From: Eledone cirrhosa | Lineage: Eukaryota | DNA length: 64,000 nucleotides | Reading direction: 5' to 3' | Assembly (NCBI GenBank): GCA_964016885.1 | Contig: OZ024745.1 | Coordinates: 30,752,001 to 30,816,000, forward strand | In this document: positions 46,475 through 58,524 of the stretch, piece after piece | How the letters are laid out: each line of letters opens with the position of its first letter | Position numbering within the stretch: the stretch's first letter is position 1 | Notes under the pieces: model-generated | What the model was told of the DNA's origin: nothing | Database searches by the model: none | The model's input: only the letters and a program-made list of their open reading frames with translations | Translations under genes and position numbers: made by a program

Positions 46475-47333
46475 CTACCAGAATGACCCGGCGTTGCTCG
46501 GGATTCTAAACATGGATTGGCATGTTTATCCCTCCTTTCTGAAACAGTACAGAGAAGTACAGGATACCTCGACCTGGGGATGGTGTCTACATTTTGTGCT
46601 TATAAAAAAAATTTGTTGTAGATTACCAGGGGTTTAACTTAATTGGGTGCCTGAGAGTAAAATGTTCAACCCACGAAAGCCAAGACGATAGGGTTAAGTA
46701 AAAAGGCATTCGACAAACCGAACATGTATTTGTTGTGCTATGGTACAATGAAAGCAATAGTTACAGAGCAGTAAGCATGTGGGACTGCAGTGGTGGGGAG
46801 CATGAAGGAATTTAGTTGGATACTTTTAAGATTACAGGCCCCAGCACAACCAAAATGCTAAACAATGCGGTCCCCGGGCAAAAATTTGAAATCTTTTTCA
46901 GTCAAGAAAATGTGTGAAATATAAGTAATACATATGCAAAGTTTTAAAATAATCGATTGGCTACTTCTCAAGTTACAGGCCTTAACGCAACCAAAATGCT
47001 TTAAAAAATCGGTTTTTCACCTAATGTGGTCCCTGGCGCAAAAATTGAGAAAATCTTTTTTGCTCAAAACACTTTAAACGACATAAGTAATGCAAATTTT
47101 GAAGAAATTGCCTGGATTATTGTTCCGTTATGCCTAAAAAAAGCCTTTAGAGCCTAAAATATGCGGTTTTTCGCCTAATGTGGTCCCTAGGGCATTGAAA
47201 ATTGAAATATTTTGCTCAAAACACTCACATAACCATAAGTATTACATGTGTAAAGTTTGAAAAAAATCGGTTGGGTGGTTCTCGAGTTTTAGGAGGACAG
47301 ACAGACAAACATTCTCTGTTTTAGATATATAGA
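46475..47333 (-). mobile_element. Non-autonomous Helitron
   Basis: Minus strand starts TCTATATATCTAAAACAGAGAATGTTTGTCTGTCTGTCC and ends with the hairpin CCCGaGCAACGCCGGG then ...CTGGTAG|T (CTAG variant). Internal sub-repeats are present. Confidence 0.65.
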
Positions 47334-48272
47334 CTAGCAGAAAACCACCCGGTGGGCGGTTTTCTGCTAGCAAATCTAGTGTATATACTGATATTGTTGA
47401 GATTTGGATGAGAAATGTTTTCGGCACCACATGTTCACCGTCTCTCGGTGTGTCTTTTATGCATGTATAAATATATATGTTATCTATACGGTGAAATCTT
47501 TGAAATAAATATATGTTAAAACAAAAAAGGAGAAAATAAATAACTGCCAGTTAGAAAAAAATATTCCTATGAAATTTTAATCATACCATTAGGTGTGAAT
47601 AAGGAAATATTTTTTTATTGTCAAAACAAATGTTCAAAAGTTAAACTTCAATTTTTTTAATTATTTCCAATTTTTTCATGAAATTGAACACTGGACATTG
47701 GCTGCTGGAAATGGAAATTAAATCGTATTTAATTGTATTTAAATTTCTAACCTTATTTTATTATTTATATTTTTTCAATAAGAAATAAAAAAAAACAACA
47801 AAAAAAATTGAACAAAAAAATTGAACAAATCAAACGTAGGTTATGGAACTGCGCAATCTGATTAATAAATTACCTCATCAGCAGCAACCTTCTTCAAATG
47901 GTCCTTATTATCAGCAGCAAGAACCACAAATTCAATGGCAACCTTCTTCAAACCACAAATTCAATGGCAACCTTCTTCACATGGTGTCAAGTCAAAATCG
48001 CCTCGAACTGGTTACTTCTGGCTTGTGCATGGTGTCTCTATAGCAACCAACGATTCCCTTGGCCTCAGTGACCAAAGTCAGTGGAGAGGGGAAGGTAATA
48101 TTTCTGTAGCACGTGTTTTAGCGTCTATTCACTCTCTCTCTCTCCCTCTCTCCCTCCCGCTATCCCCCTCTCGTAGTCTGTCTCTTTCTTTCACTCTCAC
48201 TCTCTCTCTACGCACGTGTTTCCACTGTGGGACAGACAGACAGAGAAATTGCTGGTTATATATATAAGTAGA
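47334..48272 (-). mobile_element. Second non-autonomous Helitron-like element abutting the first
   Basis: Minus strand starts A|TCTACTTATATATATAACCAGCAATTTCTCTGTCTGTCTGTCCC and ends in a GC hairpin plus CTAG at 47334-47370. The interior may be composite. Confidence 0.5.
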
Positions 48273-48663
48273 TAGGTTCTATTACATTAAACATGACCAG
48301 AGCCAAGGCTGACTGAAACCTATATATATATAGAGAGAGATAGTTAAAATCCTGCCTGTTTACCAAACAGGCAGGATTCTACCTATCTCTATACCCAGTC
48401 TCAACGCCACAGACTCTCACTCTCTTTCACTCTCTCTCTTTCTATATATATATACATGACTTCTCTCACAATAAGACAACTCGTCTAACCCATGCTAGCA
48501 TGAAAAAATGGACTTCAGAAGGTGATGATGATATGTATATGTGTAGGGACATTTATATTATCTGGCATGTTTTCATGTCTACATAGTAAATATGTGTATA
48601 TTTATATACACATTGTCAAAATCTCAGTTACCCATTGTGTATATATACAGATATAACTTTATC

Positions 48664-48692
<29 letters not shown>

Positions 48693-48694
<2 letters not shown>

Positions 48695-50074
48695 ATATTG
48701 ACACACAACTTAACCCTCTTATACACATTTTCTCTCTCAACTCATCCATGCTTGGTCGTTCACACACATTGACATTGCACATCCAATGGAGCATGCTTGC
48801 TTCATTTCTCTCCAGTCGTTGCATATCCTCTGTAGTTGCTGCCCATGTCTCACTACCATGCAGCATCGTGCATCTCACACAAGCATCATATAACTGGCCT
48901 TTCGTACGCAGGGAGAAACCCTTCTTTGTCAACAGAGGAAGCAGCTCCCTAAACTTCTTCCAACCCGTCCTTATTCTAGATACTATGGCCTCGGAACACC
49001 CCCCTCCCATGCTAATCTGATCTCCTAGGTACCGGAAGCTATTAACCACTTCTATAGAACCTACCTGCATTTGAAAAATGTGTCTATCACTGCGACTTCT
49101 ACTGTCAAAATTTCCTGTATATCTACTGCATACATATTTTTCCCTACCTGTTAATTTGCCTGCTATCCCACTACATCTCTTGTGTACCCAAGATCTGTAT
49201 TGTGTACATTTTATAGAATTTATGCCAGTTCTTTTCTACATATCGAACATGGCCATTTCCCTGACGGAATCAAAGTTTTATCCTCTTTTCTATTTATTAA
49301 CACATTTGTCTCAGCTAGGTTCACTCTCAGTCCTCTTAATTCCAACTGCTATTTCCATAGCCAGAATTTATTCTCTAGCTCCTCTACTGATTCTGCCAGA
49401 CTTAAACTCCACTGTTATGGCTTGGAGGACTATAATGAACAAGAGCGGGTTGAGGATCGAACCCTAATGTACTCCTACTTGTATCTGGAATTCCTCACTA
49501 AACTCCATTCCTACCTTCACTTTACTGACAGCACCTCTGTACAAAGCTTGCACTGTCCTCACAAGCCTAGTTTCCTTAGGGACCACCAGATGACAGATCG
49601 GGGTACCCTATCAAAGGCCTTCTCTAGGTCAACAAAAGCTAAGTATAATGGCTTATTCTTCTCTAAGAATCTCTCTTGTAGTTGTCTCACTAAGAAGAGG
49701 GCATCTGTTGTACTTTTCCCAGGCACAAAACCAAACTGCATCTCATCTGGTTTGACCCTTTCTCTAATTAATTGCGATAATATCCTTTCTGTCACTTTCA
49801 TAACCTGATCCATCAGTTTTATGCCTCTATAATTGCTCCTCTCCAAAGCACCCCCTTTACCTTTGTAGCAATTTATGAGAATTCTGCTGCACCAGTCTTT
49901 GGGTACAACTCCGCCATATATAGCTTGATTGACGATGCATGCAACCAGTTTAGTACCTAGTTCTCCTCATGCCTTCAGCATCTCAGCAACTATCCCCGAC
50001 GGTCCAGCGGCCTTACTATTTTTCATTTCCTTAATTGCCTCTTGGACCCTATAGTCATCAATCTCAATACCAGC
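48693..50074 (-). mobile_element. Degraded RTE LINE RT fragment (older subfamily, PHD remnant)
   Basis: [14 protein letters not shown]...[14 protein letters not shown]; SFRYLGDQISMGGGCSEA; deletions and frameshifts. Confidence 0.88.
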
Positions 50075-50100
50075 TATATATATGTATTTATATGTATATA

Positions 50101-50442
50101 TCATCATCATCATCATCATTTTACGTCCGCTTTTCCCTGCTTGCAAGGGTGGGACGGGAACTGATTCTGGCTTGATTTCTACAGCTGGATGCCCTTCCTA
50201 ACACCAACCTCATTTACAGTGAGTGCTGGGTGCTTTTTTGCCGTGGCACCTCCACGACCACTTTGCAGTGGAATGATATGGATCCCAGTCCCTACCATCT
50301 CATTTCTACAGCTAAGTAAACTGGAGCAATGTGAAATAAAGTGTCTTGCTCAAGGAAACAACACATCACCTGATCTGAGAATTGAACTCACAACCTTTCG
50401 TTTGCAAGGCCAATGCTCTAACCATTAAGCCATGTGCCTCCA
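50101..50442 (-). mobile_element. SINE family B (tRNA head + CORE-like domain) ending in an RTE-derived 3' tail
   Basis: Head at about 50440, CORE-like domain at 50320-50360, and 50160-50260 matching the RTE 3' UTR at 22570-22760, followed by a (GAT)n tail. Confidence 0.7.
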
Positions 50443-50463
50443 TATATATATACATATATCAAA

Positions 50464-50840
50464 GGCAATGACACACGACCGTGACTTCTGGCGTCACGCA
50501 GTAATACAGAGTACCCGACCTCCCATGGGTACAAGTTGAAGCATATAGACAATATGCCCCCACACCCCCCACCGCAAGGTGGTCGTGGAGGTGCCATGGC
50601 AAAAAAGCACCCAGCCCACACTGTAAAGTGGACGTGTAGGCGCCACGAAAAAGCACCCAGCACTCACTGTAAATGAGGTTGGTGTTAGGAAGGGCATCCA
50701 GCTGTAGAATCAAGCCAGATCAGTTCCTGTATGAGCAAGGCATGGTCAGCCGACCAGACACTGCCCACAACAGGACAACCCGTCTAACCCATGCTAGCGT
50801 GGAAGAACGGACGTAAAACGGTGATGATGATGATGATGAT
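50464..50840 (+). mobile_element. RTE 3' end, nearly identical to 22451-22872
   Basis: Reverse-complement match lacking one 39 bp UTR unit, with a (GAT)n tail. Confidence 0.9.
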
Positions 50841-50857
50841 ATATATACATATATATG

Positions 50858-50941
<84 letters not shown>

Positions 50942-50948
50942 AAAAAAA

Positions 50949-51610
50949 GGAAAAGAATGAAACTAAATTTCATTTCCCACTCTTAGTATGCCTGATACCT
51001 AAATATAAGTATGCATATATACATGCATATATGTATACAGACGTACAGTACTATGTATATATATACATACATGCACACATATATATATATGTACGTATGG
51101 GTTTACCGAACATTTATTATAATGTTCGGTTTGTTTGTAAACAAACAGCCCGAATTACGCCGTACAGTGCTCGGCAACCATCGTCGCCCTTTTGTTCAAC
51201 ACTGCCACAGGAACGATGTGCTAGTTTCAAGCTTATTAGCTATCGTCAGCATCGTATACCTTCCTGCCAGATGGTTGAACGTCTGAAAGTATATACTTTC
51301 CTTATGCATATTAACGGCGGAGCAGCCTAATTTGCATATCGAGTGAGTTAGTTGGCCGGGCATACTAAAAACTATAAATGGAAAAAAATGAAACAAAATT
51401 TCATTTCTCACTCTTAGTACGGCTGATACCTAAATACAAGTATGTATACGTACATACAGATATGTGTACAGACGCACAGTAGTATGTATATATATACATA
51501 CATGCACACATATATATATGTATGTATGGGTTTACCGAACATTTATTATAATGAAATTTCGTTTCATTCTTGGCCGGGCGTACCGAAAACGATTAATGGA
51601 AAAAATTAAA
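50949..51610 (-). mobile_element. Retrozyme-like element: about 430 bp monomer plus about 170 bp terminal redundancy, HHR at 51213-51255
   Basis: 50949-51124 recurs at 51380-51553. HHR reads ACGATG-CTGACGA-tAGCT aata AGCTt-GAAA-CTAG-CA-CATCGT, with a U16.1-to-C change. Confidence 0.7.
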
Positions 51611-51713
51611 TTCCATTGATTGATTAAACAAAATGGCAATGACGGTTGCCGAACATATATATACATATATATATATAGACATATATATATATATACATAT
51701 ATACATATATATT

Positions 51714-52268
51714 GGTTGGTTGGAAAAAGTTCAGAGAGCTTATACCACTATTAGCTGCTAAAGGGTTCTCCCTAAAAATGAAAGGCAGGTTGTACGATGC
51801 CTGCATACGAACAGCAATGTTGCATGGCAGTGAGACCTGGGCATTGTGTGCAGAGGATATACGCAGACTAGAGAGGAATGAAGCTTGCATGCTCCGCTGG
51901 ATGTGTAACAGTAATATACGTGAACGGCAAAGCATAAACGAACTAAGGAAAAAATTAGAAATAAGAGGGATCAGATGTTCTTTACTCGAGAGAAGGCTAC
52001 GTTGGTATGGACACGTGATGCGCATGAAAGTCGATAGCTGTATAACAAAGTGCAGGGCAATAAAGATAGACGGTAGCCACGGAATAGGCAGACCTAGAAA
52101 AACCTGGGACGAGCTGATAAACTCCGACCTCACACACTTACACCTCTCCAAGACAATGTCACTGGACCGAGACCTTTGGCGGTACTCAGTAACAGAGAAG
52201 ACCCACCTTACCTAAATACATAGTAAAACCTACTACAGCCAGTAGGCATCTCTAACAAAATACACCTT
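51714..52268 (+). mobile_element. RTE fragment nearly identical to 15877-16427
   Basis: [29 protein letters not shown]...EKTHLT*. Confidence 0.92.
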
Positions 52269-52483
52269 ATTGTGTTACAATTGTTTCGCCGGCAGACAGC
52301 TCAAGGCTCGATCATTGCATGGATCTTGTCTGATTCTGGATCCACAGGTTCGACGGACACGTTTAATGATTTCGGAGCAAATTCTCTCACTCACTTCCCT
52401 GTCCGCCGGTGAAACAATTGTAATACACAGTAAATTGTGTTCAGATGCATCACTGATTTTTCATTTTCTATTATACATATATA

Positions 52484-52700
52484 TGGAGGCACATGGCTCA
52501 GTGGTTAGAGCATTGGCCTTGCAATCGAAAGGTTGTGAGTTCAATTCTCAGACCGGGTGATGTGTTGTTTCCTTGAGCAAGACACTTTATTTCACATTGC
52601 TCCAGTTTACTCAGCTGTAGGAATCAAGCCAGAATCAGTTCCCGCCCCACCCTTGGAAGCAGGGAAAAGCGGACATAAAATGAAATGAAATGATGAAATG
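52484..52700 (+). mobile_element. SINE family B copy with shortened RTE-type tail
   Basis: GGAGGCACATGGCTCAGTGGTTAGAGC...GAGTTCAATTCTC, a CORE-like domain, and a tail matching 50118-50187. Confidence 0.75.
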
Positions 52701-52780
52701 AAATATACATATAAGGTACATCTACATGTAGATATACCTTATATATATGTATGTATGTATATATATATATATATACATAT

Positions 52781-53125
52781 ATATTATTCAAAATATTAAT
52801 AAATGGATACAATCACATAATCAAAATATATGTTTTATTATATATATTTCGGAGGTACTGTGCTGTTTTTTCAGTACGTCCTCATCAGATAAAATACATG
52901 AATTGATGTATGACATACCTCAACTGTGCTGATGGTTCAATTCCAGTCTTGGCAGAGATTGGAATTGAACCATCAGCACAGTTGAGGTATGTCATGCATC
53001 AATTCATCTATTTTATCTGACGAGGACGTACTGAAAAAACAGCACAGTACCTCCGAAATATATATAATAAAACATATATTTTGATTATGTGATTGTATCC
53101 ATTTATTAATATTTTGAATAATATT
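52781..53125. mobile_element. Foldback of an HHR-bearing unit (HHRs at 52833-52894 minus and 53011-53072 plus)
   Basis: TTTTAT-CTGACGA-GGAcGTACTG...CAGTACcTCC-GAAA-TATATA-TA-ATAAAA. Stem I is 6 bp, stem III is palindromic, and the arms are about 165 bp. Confidence 0.8.
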
Positions 53126-54734
53126 AATAACTCCAGAAAATGTCACTGTTGAGTGCTTTTAATCTATTGTAAAACTGTATTCATTGAACAATCAATGAAC
53201 CTTGTTTAACATTTCATCATATATACATATATACATATATAAGGTATATCTACATGTATATACATGTATCCAAATACTGGTTTGCTGAAGTCAGTCTATA
53301 TTTGGCCTCCATATTTTATTTAATAATTTTTTTATTGTTTTGTTTTTTTATTATATTCTATTTTGCTATATTCAGGGTAGTTGGCTTTTTGCATATATCT
53401 ATCTATAATATATACGTGTGTGTGTGTGCGTGTATGTGTTTATGTATATATATTTAGCACTGATGTCACAATAAAATGCACTCAGTCAACTTTGTAAAGT
53501 CGTAGTGTCATACCATGATAAAAATGGACCCAGTCCACTCTGTAAGGTGATTGTGATAGGGCCATGATAAAAGCACCCAGTTCATTCTGTAAAGCAGTGG
53601 TGCTGGTGCCGCAATAAGAAACACCCAGTCCAGTCCGGTATGTGTGTGTGTATGAGAGAGAGTGCATGTATGTGTGTGTGTAAGTCGAATCATTGTCAGT
53701 TTCAATAAAGAGTATTCCAGTTGTTTGAGCAACAGCACAAACCCCTTCTGAAATAAACACACGTGTGTGGCTCCAAAATTCAGCCTGATACATTATATGA
53801 CACGGCTGGTCCTTGAATCACAACTAGAACTTATTTCTTTTATAGCTGAGTTGACTAGAGCAACATAAAATAAAGTGTCTTGACTCAAAGACACAACATA
53901 TCATTTTACAATTGTGAGTTGAACACCCTAACCACTAATCTGCATGCCTTCACATCTGTCACATTATCATCATATAAGGTTGGCTTTTCCCTGCTAGCAA
54001 GCCATATAAATTATTACTCACTATCTCATATGGATGGTCTGCATAACATTTATTTTGATATATACAGCTATTATATGTTTCAATTTATTTTCAATATTTT
54101 TGAAAACTTTGACAATTATTCTCTCAATTATCTCCCTTTCTCTGCTCTTTATAGAAAGAAAGAAGATGCGAGAGAGTGTTAAAATCTAAAAGAACACAAG
54201 AGGGAAAGTGGATTAGAAGGTTTTAGTGTGTAGGCCATCGTCAGTTCTAATGACAAATGTTCCATTTGTTTGCTCAATGAGACAAACTGCTTGTGAAATT
54301 AACATGCAAGTGGCTGAGCATTCCACAGCCAACATGTATCTTTAATATAATTCTCAGTGAGATTCTCCATGACGCTGGCTATAATATATCTTGCAAAGCT
54401 GGCTATAATATATCTTGCATTATAGTGTAAATGGCTGAGAGTTACACACACATACATGTACTGTTAACGTATTTCTCAGGGAGATTCAGCATGAGTGTGT
54501 GACAAGGATGGCCTTTTCAATTAGTTATATTCAATTTTGTATTCTAGTGTTATTGGCTGAGCATTCCACTGACACATCTACCCTTAATATAATTGTCAGG
54601 GAAATTGAATCACAGGTACAGTAAATATAAGTGGCTGAGTATTCCACAGACATGTGTACCCTTAATTTGGGGGGAAATTTAGCATGACACAGTGTGTACT
54701 AAGACTGGCGCACCATCACAATCTTCCACTACTA

Positions 54735-55435
54735 AATATAGCTCTCTCATTACAGTTTCAATTCTCTCCCACAGCTAACTGTAGTTCTCTCAACTCTCTA
54801 TCATTACACTAATACTGCTCTCCCATCATCTCCCACAGCTAACTGTAGCTCTCTCACCTTTCTGTCATTACACTTTCACTGCTCTCCCACATCTAAGTGT
54901 AGCTCTCTCTCACCTTTTTATCATTACATTTTCACTGCTCTCCCACAGCTAAGTGTAGCTCTCTCTCACCTTTCTATCATTACACTTTCACTGCTCTCCC
55001 ACAGCTAAGTATAGCTCTCTCACCTTTCTATCATTACACTTTCACTGCTCTCCCACAGCTAAGTATAGCTCTCTCACCTTTCTATCATTACACTTTCACT
55101 GTTCTCCCACAGCTAAGTGTAGCTCTCTCACCTTTCTATCATTACACTTTCACTGTTCTCCCACAGCTAAGTGTAGCTCTCTCTCACCTTTCTATCATTA
55201 CACTTTCACTGTTCTCCCACAGCTAAGTGTAGCTCTCTCTCACCTTTCTATCATTATACTTTCACTGCTCTCCCACAGCTAAGTATAGCTCTCTCACCTT
55301 TCTATCATTACACTTCCACTGCTCTCCCACAACTAAGTATAACTCTCTCACCTCTCTGTCATTACACTATCACTGCTCTCCCACCATCTCCCAGTTAAGT
55401 ATAACTCTCTTCCCTTCCTCATTACACTATCACTG
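54735..55435. repeat. 54-56 bp minisatellite, about 12 copies (CTCTCCCACAGCTAAGTGTAGCTCTCTCACCTTTCTATCATTACACTTTCACTG)
   Basis: Head-to-tail units. Confidence 0.93.
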
Positions 55436-56418
55436 AACGCCATTCTCCTACCACCACCCATTCCACATGACTCAATCACCCTCACTGCAGTTTAGCTGAT
55501 AGTTACTCAACACTGTCTCCAACAACCAGCATGTAGCCATGTCTTCCCTGCCACATTCATAACCATACACTTATCCCAATCTTAGCTCCGCCCTCCCTTT
55601 TCCCCCACATCACAATGGAACAAAATAACCACACTTGTCTCAGCACAAGATGACCTCTCAATAAAGAAACACTCAAATGGTAACAACATAGGGTAAAGAG
55701 GATTCCTCAGTCATGTTGAAGGAATAAAATCCTTTATGCCACAATAAAAATAACCAGTAACTCTGTAAAGTGGTTGATATTAGGAAGGGCACCCAACTGC
55801 AGATATAATGTTAAAAGGGTAAAGAAGACACCTCAGTTGTCAAGGACACAAAAACCTCTTTAGTGCTGGTGCCATGATAAAATACTCAGTACAAGCTGTA
55901 AAGTGGTTGACATTTGGAAGGACAACCAACTGCAGAAATCATGTGTCAAGGACGCAACATCCTTTGTACCAGTGCCAATATAAAATCTACGCCGTAATCT
56001 TTGTTAAGTGGTTGACATTAGTGACATTAGAAAGAGAATCTAGCCTTAGAAATCATACTAAAGGGTAGAAACAACTCTTCAGTTGTGTCAAGGATATGAT
56101 AACCTACCTACTGCTGGTGCTATGACAAAATGTACTTTATAAAGTGGTTAACATTAGGAAGGACATCCATCTGTAGAACAACCCCCACCAATAAAATTAA
56201 CTAAGCAATACATAGCTCCTGGTTTATCTAGGAAGATAATAATTCCAATTAAGTACAGAATTGGTCTGTGATGACCCATACAACTCATACCATGCTGGTA
56301 TGAGTTGGAAGCTAAATATGATGATGTATATATTTTAATTTATTGAAATGTCAAGTGGTTTCCTTTGTGAAGAATTTGTGTTGGAAAAACGTAAAATGAT
56401 GTATGTACATACATGCTC

Positions 56419-56464
<46 letters not shown>

Positions 56465-57433
56465 ACATACATGCCCATATATGTGTGTGTGCACATGTTC
56501 ATATGAGTGTGTATGTGTGCATGCACATACACATTCATCATCATATAAAAATAAATTAAATTAAGTTAACAGATACAACATACATTTATAACAATGAAAA
56601 ATAGTTTATGTTGGGAATATAAGTCCCTGGAGATGGAAAAAAGTAGATAGCATCGCTCATTCTGTCTCCAGGGATTTTTATGCCCAACTTGTAAGACCAT
56701 TTTTCATAGTCAAAAACATGTATTGTAGCTGTTAATTCTAACTGTATATATATGCATATAAATATATCATCATCGTCATTTAACGTCCACCTTCCACGCT
56801 AGCATGGGTTAGACGGCTTTGTTCCATTTGATGCAGGGAATGGTCGGGAGACCGTGTCTCGCTTGTACGAAAGTGTCTCTGGCAGGTTTTTTTTTTACAG
56901 CTGGATGCTTTTCCTAACACCAATCACGAGCCCATAAATGACAGACATACATGCAAATAACACCAACATCCACAAACCATACCTTTAATTGCTTCACAAC
57001 AATATTAATATTGTTGTTTAACCCTTCCGTGGCTATATTTCTCAGGAAATACATTCTATTTCAATTAATTAATGAAGAATTCTGAAGGATTTACTAAAAT
57101 TAATGTTAGAAATTATTAATTTAAATAAGAACCTTTAAAATTGGTTGTTTTGTTTCATAGAAGAACCAGAGCAATTTTGGCCAGGTTGGAATAAAAATAT
57201 CTCAAATATTTAACAGTGAATTGAAAAGTAACCAAATCGAAATAAAAATGTTTTATTAAATCTTCTTATTACAAGTTGGAAAATATATTTTGCTGTTTGC
57301 TGTGGTATTTTTGTTGGGTGAAGTGTTTGGGTGTATTTCAAACACTAGATGTTGAGATAGTTGATATTATTAGCTATGTATGGAGGTTTCCCTCAAAACT
57401 AAGTTGGTATCTCACTCTGTGTGTGTGTGTGTG

Positions 57434-57501
<68 letters not shown>

Positions 57502-57614
57502 TACATACAAGCAGAGAGGATAGATAAGTAGATATATAGAGGAACAAGTTTAGCTGATCCCAAGCAATTCTTAGTTTCTGAGAATCATTGTATATGTATG
57601 TGAATGAATGTGTG

Positions 57615-57663
<49 letters not shown>

Positions 57664-58524
57664 AGAGTAAAAGATGAGGTTTGTTTTATGATTTCTCTAC
57701 CAGTATATATGTGTATGTATGTATGTATACACACATACATATATGTGTGTGTGTATATGTATGTGTGTCAATGGGACAGCAGCCAATACCATCACACTGT
57801 AACTAAATAATATAAAATACCTCCAGCAACATTCTACTGGAGATAGAGATAAAACACATAAATAGAGAATAGATAGATAGAAAGAGAGGGGGGGGGGGCG
57901 ACAAAAACAACAGCTATTTATATGTAAATACCATCAGACAAACCAAAATATTTTTGGAAAAATCGAAGCAGAATATAAACGTCAGCAGATCCTAGAATCG
58001 CAGTGGTCTTATCTCAATTTCCTTCTTACATCATTGAGGGACCACTTGGATACTACTAAAAATTTCATTTTTTTTCTTTTTTTTTTATCGTTGTTATTGT
58101 TCTGTTTTGTTGTTTTGTACGAGGATGTAGTGAGGCAATAGAATTTATGTTCGTGGGGGAGAGTGGCTGTTGTGTAAGTTGTGGTGGTGAGCAGTGACAG
58201 ATTTAGGGAAAGGGACCTGACTAGGATGTTGCCACGGGCCACACAATATTTAAAGGACACCACATTTATTTATTTATTATTTTACTACCATAAATAATAC
58301 ACAGGGCCCTCTCGAAGAAATTTTCAACAAAGAGCTCTATTGTAACTTAATCCGCCCTTGTTTTGTTGTGGTTTTTATTTATTTTTTTTTTTTTTTGGCC
58401 TCTCGATATATAGATTTTGTTATATTAATAAAACCAAATCAATCGTTATATATAAATCTCATTGTTTATAGTGTTTGTGTTAGTTTTATTATTATTATCG
58501 TTATTATTATTGGTATTGCGTGAT

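Noticed and set aside
52484-52560. tRNA gene
   Set aside because: The A/B-box head runs straight into a SINE body found several times in the window, and the cloverleaf is imperfect.
54230-54710. Diverged repeats of about 120 bp (GTGGCTGAGCATTCCACAG) and repeats of about 60 bp at 40690-40990 as a structured array
   Set aside because: They are old, degenerate tandem duplications, probably of SINE or LINE pieces, with no conserved repeat-spacer structure.
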